Shown: positions 18,989-28,917, counted from the first letter of the stretch. The stretch is 64,000 nucleotides of DNA from a virus (IMGVR_UViG_2857089846_000001:1-64000), one strand, 5' to 3'. Notes: generated by a model not told the origin, from the sequence alone. Program-made: numbers and translations.

Positions 18989-19582
18989 GTGTCCGTTCTG
19001 CCGTACGTCCCTGCCGTGTTCACACCGGGGGACCGCATCACGCTCGCCCAGGAGACCCACACCCGCGACGAGCGCGGCCACTGGGCGTGCGACACGCCGC
19101 TGTGCCCGTCCTCCTTCACCGACGACGAGATGCGGCGCTTCTTCGCCGACCCGCGCACCCTTGCCCAGGTCGGGCCGCTGATGATCGCCCCGGCTGACCT
19201 TGCGCCCGGTGACCCGCTGCCCGGCCGTGTCGTGGAGAGCGGGGAGGACCCGTTCGAGCTCAGCCGCCCGTACCTCATGGCCGGTACCGCCGGTCCGTCG
19301 CACATGCCGTTCCAGCCGCTCCGCGATGACGTGCCGGGCCCGTGGGGCTTCGGGCAGCGGACGCGCGTCAGCCACAAGCCGCTCGCCCGCATGCGGTGCT
19401 GGCAGATGACGCTGACGCCGACGGGCGTTGTGTGGCTCCGTCTCCCGAGCGGCACCGGCACGTACGCGTACATCCCGGCCGACGAGCCCGGCGCCGAGCA
19501 GATCGAGGCGCTGATGACCGTGGCCGTGCTGCGCGCCGCGTTCCCGGCCGGGGCCGTGGCGATCGAGCCCGACCGGATCTGA
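18989..19582 (+). CDS. Hypothetical protein
   Basis: GTG after ggag. Confidence 0.65.
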   Translation: MSVLPYVPAVFTPGDRITLAQETHTRDERGHWACDTPLCPSSFTDDEMRRFFADPRTLAQVGPLMIAPADLAPGDPLPGRVVESGEDPFELSRPYLMAGTAGPSHMPFQPLRDDVPGPWGFGQRTRVSHKPLARMRCWQMTLTPTGVVWLRLPSGTGTYAYIPADEPGAEQIEALMTVAVLRAAFPAGAVAIEPDRI

Positions 19583-19676
19583 CTCGGGCCCCGGCGGGGG
19601 CGTACCGCCCGTGCGCCCCCGCCGGCCTGCTGCTCCACCTTCTCCCGTCCCTGTGAGCCCTTGGAGGACTCGACCC

Positions 19677-20483
19677 ATGAGCACCGCCGTTACGCCCCAG
19701 ATGCGCCCGTACGTCGCCGCCATTCACGATGCGCTGAGAGCCGTGGAGGAGCGCGCCAGCACGGAGACGCTCGGGAAGCTGAGCGCGGCCCTGCGCAACG
19801 TCCCGGGCAACGAGCTGGGCGACGTCGCGTTCAGGGCCGTCGACCGCGCCGACCGGCTCGCCACGCACGCCATGGACAGCGACGAGTTCGAGGCTGTGCG
19901 CCGCGTGGAGACGGCCGTGTCTCAGCTCATCCACGACGGGCCCACGGGGGCCGTGCAGGACGACCCGGCGTTCGTCGCTCTGCTGGAGCTGGTCTCCACG
20001 TGCATCGCCCACACCGACGAGAGCGCATCCGTGTTCGCCAAGGCGTGGGACCGCGCGTACTGGCACGGCGTGGAGGCCCTGTCGATCGTGATGCGCGTGG
20101 TCCGTCGCGAAGAGGTGGGCACCGGCGAGTTCGACCGGCGGATGACCGCGTTCCTCACCGCCGCGCGGCGCGCCATCGCGTACCGGGCGCTGAGCGAGGC
20201 CCGTGACGCCGTGGCGCTCGCGGCCGCCGACTTCGGCCTGTTCCCCATCGGCGGCCGTCAGGCCGTGGCCGATGACGAGCACGCGTGGACGCGCCGTATC
20301 GGCTCAGCGCTGTACCGGTTCACCGTCACCCGGCCGTACAACGGCGACGGCGCCCCGCTCGGCCTGGTCGTGGCCGTACGCATCGGCCCCAGCAATGCCG
20401 TGGAGCGGCACGCCCTTGCGCTGTCCCCGTACGCGAGCGAGAAGCGCCGCAACGCCGTGGGAGAGGCGCTGTACCGCATCTGA
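19677..20483 (+). CDS. Hypothetical protein
   Basis: RBS ggagga, ATG 19677. Confidence 0.75.
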   Translation: MSTAVTPQMRPYVAAIHDALRAVEERASTETLGKLSAALRNVPGNELGDVAFRAVDRADRLATHAMDSDEFEAVRRVETAVSQLIHDGPTGAVQDDPAFVALLELVSTCIAHTDESASVFAKAWDRAYWHGVEALSIVMRVVRREEVGTGEFDRRMTAFLTAARRAIAYRALSEARDAVALAAADFGLFPIGGRQAVADDEHAWTRRIGSALYRFTVTRPYNGDGAPLGLVVAVRIGPSNAVERHALALSPYASEKRRNAVGEALYRI

Positions 20484-20567
20484 CCGCCCGTCCGGCCGGG
20501 CGCCCGTCGTCCCGGCCGGACGGCCCCCACCATCCGCGTTCCGCCCGCACCTTCCCGGAGGCTCCCC

Positions 20568-21431
20568 GTGTCCGTACAGACGTCGCCCGTTGCCCTCGCC
20601 CGTCAGATCCTGTCCGCCGCATCCCTGCCCGTGATCGACGGGGAGCCGCTGGAGGACTCCCGCGGCTACCAGCTGCGGGAGAACTCCGACGGGACGGTCA
20701 CGGTCTGCCCGGTACTCGACGGCCGGCCCGGCGCCCCCGCCAATCCCGTGTTCCGTGGCGGCTCCATGAGCGAGTGGCGCGCCATGAACCGTGCCGCGCT
20801 GGACGCGGTGACCGCCGAAGGGTGGGAGCGCACCGGCGACACGTGGGACGGCAATGTCTTCCGCGCCCCGGCGGGCCCGCTGGCGCCGATGGTGAAGGAG
20901 ACCATCCACGTCCTGGAGCGCGACGGGCAGCCCGGCTACGCCCGGTTCGACGTGTCCCCGTACATGGGCGCCGTCAGTATTGACGTCGCGGGCGGCTGGA
21001 ACTGCCGGGAGCTGTCCATCAGTGACGTGGCGCTGCCCGCGCTGCACGCTGCCGGGTTCGACGTCTCGACCGTCCATGAGGGCGAAGGGGCCGAGCGGCG
21101 GGAGTGGGGCACGCTTCACCACCTGGTCGTGCGGCCCCCGGTCGAGCGGCGGGAGGAGTGGGCGCTGGCGCACACGGTGCGCCGTCTCCTCCAGAGCAAG
21201 CACACGCACGTCGGGTGGAACGTCCACATGAAGCCCGCGCTGCCCGAGCGCCTGCCGGAGGACGCGGCCCCGGACGCGCACCGTGGCGCGCTGTTCTTCC
21301 GGTTCGACGGTCACGCCGTCCACGGCCCCCGGGACTTCGACCACACGCTTCAGGACGCCGGATACGTCCTCGGCCCGTCCCGGCACGAGTGGTGGCGCAA
21401 CGTCCGCATCCTGCGGCCCGCCGCGCCGTAG
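20568..21431 (+). CDS. Hypothetical protein
   Basis: RBS ggagg, GTG start. Confidence 0.75.
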   Translation: MSVQTSPVALARQILSAASLPVIDGEPLEDSRGYQLRENSDGTVTVCPVLDGRPGAPANPVFRGGSMSEWRAMNRAALDAVTAEGWERTGDTWDGNVFRAPAGPLAPMVKETIHVLERDGQPGYARFDVSPYMGAVSIDVAGGWNCRELSISDVALPALHAAGFDVSTVHEGEGAERREWGTLHHLVVRPPVERREEWALAHTVRRLLQSKHTHVGWNVHMKPALPERLPEDAAPDAHRGALFFRFDGHAVHGPRDFDHTLQDAGYVLGPSRHEWWRNVRILRPAAP

Positions 21432-21569
21432 CCCTGCCCGGCCGGGGCGCGCCCGTCGCCCGCCCCGGCCCCGCCCGCTGTTCCCTCCCCTCGGCCGTGC
21501 CCGTCGCGGCCGTGAGCAGGGCGCACCGTGCCCCCGCCGTACCGACCGAACCCCCTTGGAGATGACCTC

Positions 21570-22196
21570 GTGTCCACCATGACCTCGACCGTCCCGGCCG
21601 TGCAGCCGGCCATGTTCCCCCCGCCGTCCGTCCCGCTACTCTTCGCCGATGGCGACCGCTACGTGTGGACGCACACCGGGGACGTGTGGACCCGCACCAA
21701 CGGGTCGTGGGTGCCGTCCCGGTACGACGGGCTGAACGACGGCCAGGACGACGGCACCGGCTGGTGGTCCGACGCCCAGGTGAGCGCTGCTCTGGGCCGG
21801 GCCATTGCGAACTGGGACGTGCGGCAGCGGTTCGTGCCCGCCGCCCCGGGCCCCGCCCTGCCGGGGCGGACGCTGCTCGCGCTTCCGCCCATGCGCGACT
21901 CCGCGCAGTACGTGACCGAGCACCAGGGGTCGGGGCTGCTCGTGCCGCTGCGGGACCTGGTGGCGCAGCATGACGAGGACGCGGCGTACGACGTTCCCGG
22001 CGTCATCCCCGGCGACAGGATGCGGGACGTCGTGATGGAAGTCGTCAGCCAGCAGCGACGGCCGCGCGCCACGTACGACGAAGCCGCGGGGCGGGTGTAC
22101 GTCCGGTACGACCTGCCCGTGGACCTGTACGGCCGTCCGGCGATCGTGGAGTGCCTGCACGTGTTCGTGCTCACCGCGACCCCGGCGGAGGCGTAG
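21570..22196 (+). CDS. Hypothetical protein
   Basis: RBS ggaga; Trp-rich N-terminus. Confidence 0.7.
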   Translation: MSTMTSTVPAVQPAMFPPPSVPLLFADGDRYVWTHTGDVWTRTNGSWVPSRYDGLNDGQDDGTGWWSDAQVSAALGRAIANWDVRQRFVPAAPGPALPGRTLLALPPMRDSAQYVTEHQGSGLLVPLRDLVAQHDEDAAYDVPGVIPGDRMRDVVMEVVSQQRRPRATYDEAAGRVYVRYDLPVDLYGRPAIVECLHVFVLTATPAEA

Positions 22197-22198
22197 CC

Positions 22199-22492
22199 GT
22201 GGCAAACGCGAAGGAGCGCGGCCGGCTCGGGGACATCCTCATGCGGGAGCTGTGCGAGTACATCACCGCCCTCACCGAGGCAGGGCACGACTGGGAAGCC
22301 GTCTGGGCCTGGGCTGTGTGGCCCCCGGACAGCCGTCTCCGCTGGTTGCATGGCCGGTTCCTGCTCGCGCGGGAGTGCGCAGCCATGATCGGTCACCGCT
22401 TCACCGACGAGGAGATCACCCAGTTCGGTCGGGAGCAACTGGCCTACCTCGCGCAGTACCCGGCCGGGCTGCCGAGCCTGACCGATGAGTGA
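22199..22492 (+). CDS. Hypothetical protein
   Basis: RBS ggagg, GTG start, coupled to neighbours. Confidence 0.6.
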   Translation: MANAKERGRLGDILMRELCEYITALTEAGHDWEAVWAWAVWPPDSRLRWLHGRFLLARECAAMIGHRFTDEEITQFGREQLAYLAQYPAGLPSLTDE

Positions 22493-22832
22493 ACGATCCT
22501 GGGCCCGCGCGCAGTTGGTGCTGCACGCGGACGCCCTCCGGTACGACCTTGCCCGTCGGCTTCGCGGCACCGTCGAAGCCGACGGAACGGTCGAGACTCG
22601 GCGCATCCGGGCCGTCGTGACCGTCATCGCCGTCCGGGCCGGCCTGGTGCGCGTCACCATCCGCCGCCACGACCGTGCCCGCCCGCCCCTGACCGTCGAG
22701 ATGCCCGTAGAGGGCATCGACGTGGGCGCCGTGGCCGCTGCTGCCCGTGCTGTCGCCCGACGCCCGTGGCAGGCCCGGATCGCCGCTCTTGGCCCTCTTC
22801 TTCACGTCCCCTTCCGTAAAGATCAGGAGTGA
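22485..22832 (+). CDS. Hypothetical basic protein
   Basis: Overlaps both neighbours, consistent with translational coupling. Confidence 0.6.
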   Translation: MSERSWARAQLVLHADALRYDLARRLRGTVEADGTVETRRIRAVVTVIAVRAGLVRVTIRRHDRARPPLTVEMPVEGIDVGAVAAAARAVARRPWQARIAALGPLLHVPFRKDQE

Positions 22833-23917
22833 TCAGCATGACCAGCAATCTGCCGCGCACCGTGTTCCGGTCCGTAGAGCTCACCGCCCGTGTGACGACG
22901 CTGCTCGCCCGCACGCTGCCGGAGTGCGGCCCCGGTGGGCAGGACGGTTTCCGCGTCACGTCGCACGACTACCAGGAGCCGCGCCGGATGTTCGTCCGCT
23001 GGTACGACGATGGACGGAAGGACGGTGTCGAGCAGTACCGCGCCCAGATCGCCGACACGCTCGCCCGTGAGGGGTACGCCGTGACGCTGCCGCCCGGCTG
23101 CTGGGACGTGTACGTGGCGGACCGGCCGGTGAACACCTCCGGGCCCCGGTACGCGCCCATACCTTCCGATCTGCCGTTCGGTGACCCGTGGGTGGTCGTA
23201 GACCAGTGGACGCGTGCGGAGGTGACCACCGCGGCGACGGAGGAGGAGGCGAAGGCGGCAGCGATGCGCGCCGAGCGGCGCCACGCCCTCACCGACGCCC
23301 GCATGGTCACCGCGCCGGAGTTGCACGACCACCTGGTGCGCGCGGACGAGCTGCTGGGCGACGGGCTGACGTGGCTGCGGCGCGAGGTGCATGCCGTCAC
23401 CCGGTACGGGGCGATCGTACGGCGCGAGCGGATAGACGCCCTGGTGCAGGTGGCGAACGCGCTGCGGGCCGGTCGGGCGGTCACGGAGGTGGGCCGCATG
23501 GTGGCTTGGGCGGAACCGGTGCCGATGCTGACCCGGGCGCATCCGCCGCTGACCTACGACGTGCAGTGGGTGCCGAAGAGCGCCGCCCCGGCCGTCGGGT
23601 ACTTCCCCAGCCCGGCATGGCAGCGGGGCCCGGCGGAGAACGCGGCGATCACGCTGCTGATCGAAGGCGGGTTGCAGCCGGTCGTGTACGGCGAGTCCGT
23701 CGGTGACGGCGCATGGATGTGCGAGCAGAACGGGTTCATGGTGAGCGCCGCCGACCCGACCAACCTGTCCGTGCCCGGTATCCACGTTGACGCCATCGGC
23801 CAGTCGGCACACGAGCAGCAGGAACGGGTGCCGGAGGTGCTGCGCGGGGCCGGCTGGAGGGTTGAGGGCGACCGTGGTTGGGCTGGCGCGTGGACGGCGT
23901 TCCCGCCGGCCGGGTAG
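22829..23917 (+). CDS. Hypothetical protein
   Basis: RBS aggag; the start may be ATG 22838. Confidence 0.7.
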   Translation: MISMTSNLPRTVFRSVELTARVTTLLARTLPECGPGGQDGFRVTSHDYQEPRRMFVRWYDDGRKDGVEQYRAQIADTLAREGYAVTLPPGCWDVYVADRPVNTSGPRYAPIPSDLPFGDPWVVVDQWTRAEVTTAATEEEAKAAAMRAERRHALTDARMVTAPELHDHLVRADELLGDGLTWLRREVHAVTRYGAIVRRERIDALVQVANALRAGRAVTEVGRMVAWAEPVPMLTRAHPPLTYDVQWVPKSAAPAVGYFPSPAWQRGPAENAAITLLIEGGLQPVVYGESVGDGAWMCEQNGFMVSAADPTNLSVPGIHVDAIGQSAHEQQERVPEVLRGAGWRVEGDRGWAGAWTAFPPAG

Positions 23918-23928
23918 CCGAGCGCGCC

Positions 23929-23945
23929 TGTTCCCCGGGGGAACA
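23929..23945. repeat. 17-bp palindrome TGTTCCCCNGGGGAACA (parS-like), copy 1
   Basis: Also at 33527, 50547 and 60518. Confidence 0.7.
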
Positions 23946-23992
23946 CCTTGGGCGGGGGCCCGGGACGTGCGCGGGCCCCTACCCCCATCGTC

Positions 23993-24055
23993 GGACACGG
24001 TGTACAGTTTTGCTTGTTGGACGGCACGAGCGAGCCGGACCAACGCCAACGCTCC
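23993..24055 (+). promoter_or_regulatory. Early promoter + ACGAGCGA hairpin + CAACGCTCC leader element
   Basis: Near-identical to 17640-17702. Confidence 0.75.
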
Positions 24056-24078
24056 GCATCAACCAGGAAGGCACCGCT

Positions 24079-24873
24079 GTGCCCACACTCACGAGCACCG
24101 ACTTCACCGCCTCGGCCGTGCTGGAAGCCACGCGCACGGTCCTCGGTACCGGCTGGCAGACGTTCCCCGCCCACAACGGCCAGATCCAGGGCACCGTGCG
24201 GTCCGACCACGGCCACCGCATCGAACTCCTCGGCGCCAACTGCGGCTTCGTCTACGCCGCCGCCATGCTGCCGGACGGCACCCGCTTCGAGGCCAACGCC
24301 GCACCCACCGCGCCGACCGCAGCCGCCTACGGCGTCGCCCTGGCCCAGCTCATCGCCCGGACCCTCGCGCCCGCCCACAACGCGCTCAGCGAGACCCGGG
24401 CGAACGTCGGCAAGATCCGGGCCGCCATCGGCCGCGACGTCACGACGCACTGGAGCTTCGGCCGCGCGACGACCAGCTGGGCGCTCCGCGACGGCGGCCG
24501 CGCCCTGCACCACACCGAGCCGCGCCCCGCGCACCTGGGTGACCCGCCCCAAGGGCCCGGCGCCGAGTCGTGGGTGAGGTTCACGGACCTCAACCCCGAC
24601 CAGGTCGAAACGGTGCTCCGCGCGATCGACACCACCAGCGACGACGTGCGGCAGCACGCCCCGGTACACGGCCTGTTCGCCCAGCGGATGAAGGCCGCAG
24701 CGCCCGGACTGCGCCCCCTGGACACCGTGCGATTCGCGCAGTGGGGCCGCCAGACCATCGCCCTGGGCATCGACGGGCTGGTCAAGGTCGAGTTCGTCGC
24801 CGCCTGCCACTCGACCAACGTCACCGTGACCGGCTCGATCGACAGCCAGGTCCGCGCGGCCGCCGCTCTCTGA
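24079..24873 (+). CDS. Hypothetical protein
   Basis: GTG after aggaagg. Confidence 0.75.
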   Translation: MPTLTSTDFTASAVLEATRTVLGTGWQTFPAHNGQIQGTVRSDHGHRIELLGANCGFVYAAAMLPDGTRFEANAAPTAPTAAAYGVALAQLIARTLAPAHNALSETRANVGKIRAAIGRDVTTHWSFGRATTSWALRDGGRALHHTEPRPAHLGDPPQGPGAESWVRFTDLNPDQVETVLRAIDTTSDDVRQHAPVHGLFAQRMKAAAPGLRPLDTVRFAQWGRQTIALGIDGLVKVEFVAACHSTNVTVTGSIDSQVRAAAAL

Positions 24874-24994
24874 CGCTCCCGGCCGGGGAGGGATCGCCAC
24901 CTCCCCGGCACCGCACACCTCTATCCCCCTTCCCTACCGGCGTGGCCGGCGTGCCCGCGCACCGCCGCGCCCTGCCCGAACCCGGAGCATCCCC

Positions 24995-25993
24995 ATGACC
25001 CCTGACGCTTTCGCCCGACTGTCCACCGGCGCCCGCCACGACGCGCTGCGCGTGGTGCGGCGGATGCAACTCGCCGACGCGCTGGAGAGCGCCCGCGCGG
25101 AGCTCGACGCCGCCCGCGAGACCCGCCGCATGACGAGCACCAAGCTCGACCAAGTGACGGCCCACGCCGAGAAGCTGGCCGGGCACAGCCTGATCTACCC
25201 GTACTCCCAGGACAGGCAGGACCAGCGGACGCACGTCGAAGCGCAGATCACGGAGCTGACGAGGACGGACACGCACGCCAAGGCGCACAAGGCCGCCGCC
25301 AACGTCGTGTACGAGTCCGCTCGGCTGGAGCTCGCGAAGCTGACCCGCCGCTCGCCGCGCGGCAACGAGGAGGCGCAGCGCTTCGCCCGTGTGCTGCGGC
25401 ACCTGCCCCTGGACGTGATGACCCAGTTGGTGCACGCCTCGAGCTACACCGTGACCCGGCTGTCCCTGGACCAGGGCGCCGCTGGCGGCTCTTGGGGGAC
25501 GGTCGATTCTCGCACCGTACGCCGCTCCCGGGTGCGCTCCATGCTCTCCGCATGGGCCAGGGAGCCGCAGACGTACATCCTGCGCGACGCGGACGGCCAG
25601 CTGTTCATCGCTGCCCCGTCGATCCTGCTTGAGCTCGTCCCCGACGACCTCGCGGCCCCGCCCACCGAGGGCGACGCGCTGAGGGCCGCACTCGACGTCT
25701 ACGGCATGACCGCGCGCAAGGACAGCGAAGGCGGCGTCACGTGGCTCGTGGTCCAGGTCGACCCGGAGGACGAGCCGTACGGCGGGCCGCACTTCCGCAT
25801 CTCCTCCGGCGGGCACGCGGACCGTCCGGCCTCCGCCCATGACGAGCTGTGGGGCGCCTCGCTCTACGACGCGGACGGCGCCTACGTGACCACGCTCGAC
25901 GCCGCGCCGGCGGGCTCCACCCTCGCCGAGGACAGCGCGCACATCGCTGGCGCCATCGCCACCTATGTCTGGGCCGTGCTCACCCAGCAGTGA
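24995..25993 (+). CDS. Hypothetical protein (coiled-coil N-terminus)
   Basis: RBS ggag; protein-like ORF. Confidence 0.75.
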   Translation: MTPDAFARLSTGARHDALRVVRRMQLADALESARAELDAARETRRMTSTKLDQVTAHAEKLAGHSLIYPYSQDRQDQRTHVEAQITELTRTDTHAKAHKAAANVVYESARLELAKLTRRSPRGNEEAQRFARVLRHLPLDVMTQLVHASSYTVTRLSLDQGAAGGSWGTVDSRTVRRSRVRSMLSAWAREPQTYILRDADGQLFIAAPSILLELVPDDLAAPPTEGDALRAALDVYGMTARKDSEGGVTWLVVQVDPEDEPYGGPHFRISSGGHADRPASAHDELWGASLYDADGAYVTTLDAAPAGSTLAEDSAHIAGAIATYVWAVLTQQ

Positions 25994-26087
25994 CCCGGAG
26001 CGCCGCACTGCCCGCCCGCGCCCCGGCACGGGCGGGGGTGTGCGGAACCCCGGTTCCCCCCTACCCCACCACCGCGAAAGGCCCCCC

Positions 26088-26810
26088 ATGCGCCCGTCCC
26101 TGCCCTCCGTCATCGTCGGAAACCCTGCCGCGCTGGCCGCGCATCTGGCCGCGCACCACATGCCCGGCCAGCGCTCGAAGACCGCCATCGCCCGCCTACG
26201 CCTCGAACGTCGGCGCCTGAACGCGCCGCTGCCCACGACTCGCCCGCTGCCCGAGCGTGCCCACGACCGGCTGTGGACGTCCGCGATCCGCGAGATCCGC
26301 CGCCGCGGCGGTGAGACCGAGATCGAAAGCAACTACGGCACCGCCGACCTGGAGATCACCGACCGGAAGAACCGCATGGTGCTGATGCACGCTGAAGGCT
26401 GGCGGCGCTACGGCAAGCAGCCGGCGCGGCGGGCCCAGCTCAGCTACCTGTGGGGCCCGGACGACGCTGGGTCCGGCCCTTGGGCCGTCCGCGTTCCCGG
26501 CACCGTGACCACCGTCGCCGATGCCCTGGAGTGGCTCACCCCGGCCGATGTGAAGAAGGCCCTGGAGAAGGGGCTCCGGGTGCGGCGCCAGGGCGACGTG
26601 TATGCGGTCGAGACGACACCGGCGCACGACGGCCGAGGCGTCGAGCTGCTGCCGGAGTCACACGAGTGGCGGCCCGCCACCCGCTACCTGGTCCACCGAC
26701 CCGAGGACGGCCGCCGCCACCTGCCGGTCCGGCTGCCATGGCCGGTCCGGTTCGTCCAGCAGAGCGCCTACGGCATGGGCCGCACCAGCGCGCGGGCCGC
26801 CGCCGACTGA
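26088..26810 (+). CDS. Hypothetical protein
   Basis: RBS gaaagg; RRQGDVY motif. Confidence 0.7.
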   Translation: MRPSLPSVIVGNPAALAAHLAAHHMPGQRSKTAIARLRLERRRLNAPLPTTRPLPERAHDRLWTSAIREIRRRGGETEIESNYGTADLEITDRKNRMVLMHAEGWRRYGKQPARRAQLSYLWGPDDAGSGPWAVRVPGTVTTVADALEWLTPADVKKALEKGLRVRRQGDVYAVETTPAHDGRGVELLPESHEWRPATRYLVHRPEDGRRHLPVRLPWPVRFVQQSAYGMGRTSARAAAD

Positions 26811-26887
26811 CCACCTTCACCGCACCGCCCCTCTCTCAGACAGTGGCCCGGCCGGATCGTCCGGCCGGGCCGGAAGGAAGAAGCCCC

Positions 26888-27880
26888 ATGATCACGCTCA
26901 GCCCCACCGGCGCGCGCATCCTCGACAGCAACAACGACGGCGTCGTCTCTGGCCACGCCGCGGCGATGGCCCGGCTCGAAGCCGACGGCCTGGTGGTCCG
27001 GCACGACCGCGACGGCGGGACGCACTGGATGACCGAGGACGGTTGGACGGCCCTGGACACGTGGCGCCAGAAGAACGGCCGGGCCCCGGCCGCGCCCGTC
27101 ACCATCCCGCGCAGGCTGCCCAAGGCCCAGCACGATGCGATCCTGACGGCCGCCGGCCGACCCGACCAGCTTGTCCCGGGCCGGGACGACGGCGACGTGT
27201 TCGCCGCCGGGGAGACGTGGTTCCGTGGGCCCACGCTGCGCGCCGTCCACGCCGCCGGATACGCGGACTTCTGGCGCCGCCCGGGCGAGGAGAACGCGCC
27301 GTACACGGGCCGGTCCCTGTATCTCACCCCGGCCGGCCGCGAGTACGCCCGGCTGCGCGGCAGCATCGACGTGCACCGCCGCCGGGTCGTGATCATCGCG
27401 TGCGGCTCGGAGAAGCTGCCGCACCCGGGCCGCAACGAGTACGGCAACCTGAACGCGGGCTACCCGGCCGGAGAGCTCTACACCGGCCAGTACCACCGGT
27501 CCCTGCGCCTGGCCGCGGACGCGCTGACTGCCCCATCCCTGATCCGGATAGCGTCCGCGCTGCACGGGCTGGTGGACCTCAAGCGCCCCCTCCTCCCGTA
27601 CGACGTGACGATCGGCGACGAGCGCGCCGTTACCGCCGAGAGAGTCGCCCGCCACGCAGCCGAACTCGGCACCGACGACGCCGACGTCATCTTCCTCGGC
27701 GGTCAGGAGTACGCCGCGCTGCTGCGCCCGGCGATCCCGCACCTGCTCACCCCGCTCGCCGGCGGAATGGGCGAGCACCGCGGACTGTGCAAGCAGGCCC
27801 GCGAGGACGCCGCCGTGCGCGACGCCTGGTGGAAGGAAGCCGCAGAACTTCACGCAGAGCACCACCCGGCCCGCGCCTGA
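26888..27880 (+). CDS. Protein with wHTH-like N-terminus and DUF6884-like C-terminal domain
   Basis: VIIACGSEK..PAGELYTG..SALHGLV..PYDVT..FLGG..PLAG resembles DUF6884. Confidence 0.7.
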   Translation: MITLSPTGARILDSNNDGVVSGHAAAMARLEADGLVVRHDRDGGTHWMTEDGWTALDTWRQKNGRAPAAPVTIPRRLPKAQHDAILTAAGRPDQLVPGRDDGDVFAAGETWFRGPTLRAVHAAGYADFWRRPGEENAPYTGRSLYLTPAGREYARLRGSIDVHRRRVVIIACGSEKLPHPGRNEYGNLNAGYPAGELYTGQYHRSLRLAADALTAPSLIRIASALHGLVDLKRPLLPYDVTIGDERAVTAERVARHAAELGTDDADVIFLGGQEYAALLRPAIPHLLTPLAGGMGEHRGLCKQAREDAAVRDAWWKEAAELHAEHHPARA

Positions 27881-27897
27881 GAGGCTATGGTGGCTTC

Positions 27898-28100
27898 ACT
27901 CTCCCCGCCGCTGCGGGGGTGGTCCAGGCCGACATCTGCCCGGCCGGTCCCTGCTCCCCGCGCAAGCGGGGTTGGCCCCATATCCGTTACACCGTGACGG
28001 ACGAGGCAACTTGCTCCCCGCACAAGCGGGGTTTCCTCCCTCTTGGCCTCCCGATGAGGCTGCACTGTCCGTTGTTCCCCCGCATGTGTGGGGGTGGATC
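27898..28100 (+). CRISPR. Degenerate orphan type I-E-like mini-array (4 repeats, 3 spacers)
   Basis: Repeats like CTGCTCCCCGCGCAAGCGGGGTTGGCCC at 27898, 27951, 28011, 28073; periods 53/60/62 nt; no cas gene in the window. Confidence 0.7.
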
Positions 28101-28113
28101 GAAGGGATTGGCG

Positions 28114-28791
28114 GTGTCTCGTACCCCTTCGCGGCCGCACCCGTTGGCCGCGTACGCGGAGAAGATCGACGTAGAGGCGGTCTACACCCTGCGGCAGGTC
28201 GCCGGGCTGATGGAACTGGCGCCGAGCAGCGTGCAGGCCATGGCTCGCCACGGGTGGCTTCCCGGTAGCCGAGTGCGGCCCCACGCCCGTGGCGGGCGGC
28301 GGTACACGTGGACGGGGAAGCAGCTGCTGCGGCTTGCGAACCGGCCCATCCGGGTCGCGTTCGACCATGAGCTGTTCTCGCCGACGACGCTGTACCGGGT
28401 CGGCTGCCGGTGCCAGACATGTGTGGACGCCCACACGGTAGAGAGCCGGGAGCGTCGCCACCGGCTCTCCGACGAGGCTTTCCCCGAAGAGAAGCAGAAG
28501 CGGCTTCTCGGCCTGGTCGCCGATCAGATGCCCGTGGCCGAGGCCGCAGCAGCAGTCGGGGTGACTCTCGGCCAGGTCTACGGGCGCGCGAACTGGGACC
28601 CCTCGTTCGCCGAGGAATTGGACGAGGCGGCATGGTCCTTGTGCGTGCTGGGCCCGGACTCGCCCGGTTGCAGCACACCGTCGGGGTACCGCGGGTATGC
28701 CCGCGGGCGAGACCCCCGGCCGGCGTGCCGGGGAACCGGGTGCCGGGAGTGGCGCCGGGAGACGTCGCAGCAGGCGCGTGCCGCCGCCTGA
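28114..28791 (+). CDS. DNA-binding protein: excisionase-like HTH + Zn finger + HTH + Zn finger
   Basis: YTLRQVAGLM..MARHGWLPG; YRVGCRCQTC; VAEAAAAVGVTLGQVY; C..GY..C..C; RBS gaaggga. Confidence 0.7.
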   Translation: MSRTPSRPHPLAAYAEKIDVEAVYTLRQVAGLMELAPSSVQAMARHGWLPGSRVRPHARGGRRYTWTGKQLLRLANRPIRVAFDHELFSPTTLYRVGCRCQTCVDAHTVESRERRHRLSDEAFPEEKQKRLLGLVADQMPVAEAAAAVGVTLGQVYGRANWDPSFAEELDEAAWSLCVLGPDSPGCSTPSGYRGYARGRDPRPACRGTGCREWRRETSQQARAAA

Positions 28792-28844
28792 GTCGTGTGC
28801 CGTACGGTTGCATGCGCCGGTGCTGTCTTGCCCGAGACAGCAGT

Positions 28845-28873
28845 AGAGGGGCCCCAGAATCTGGGGCCCCTCT
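28845..28873. terminator. Bidirectional hairpin terminator
   Basis: agaggggccccag-aat-ctggggcccctct between convergent genes. Confidence 0.7.
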
Positions 28874-28917
28874 TGCTTCCGTTCCGCCTGCACCCCCGTG
28901 TCAGGCGAGACGGCGGA

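Noticed and set aside
25445-25455. 11-nt match (tacaccgtgac) to mini-array spacer 2
   Set aside because: Too short and inside a CDS; plausible by chance in 64 kb of GC-rich DNA.
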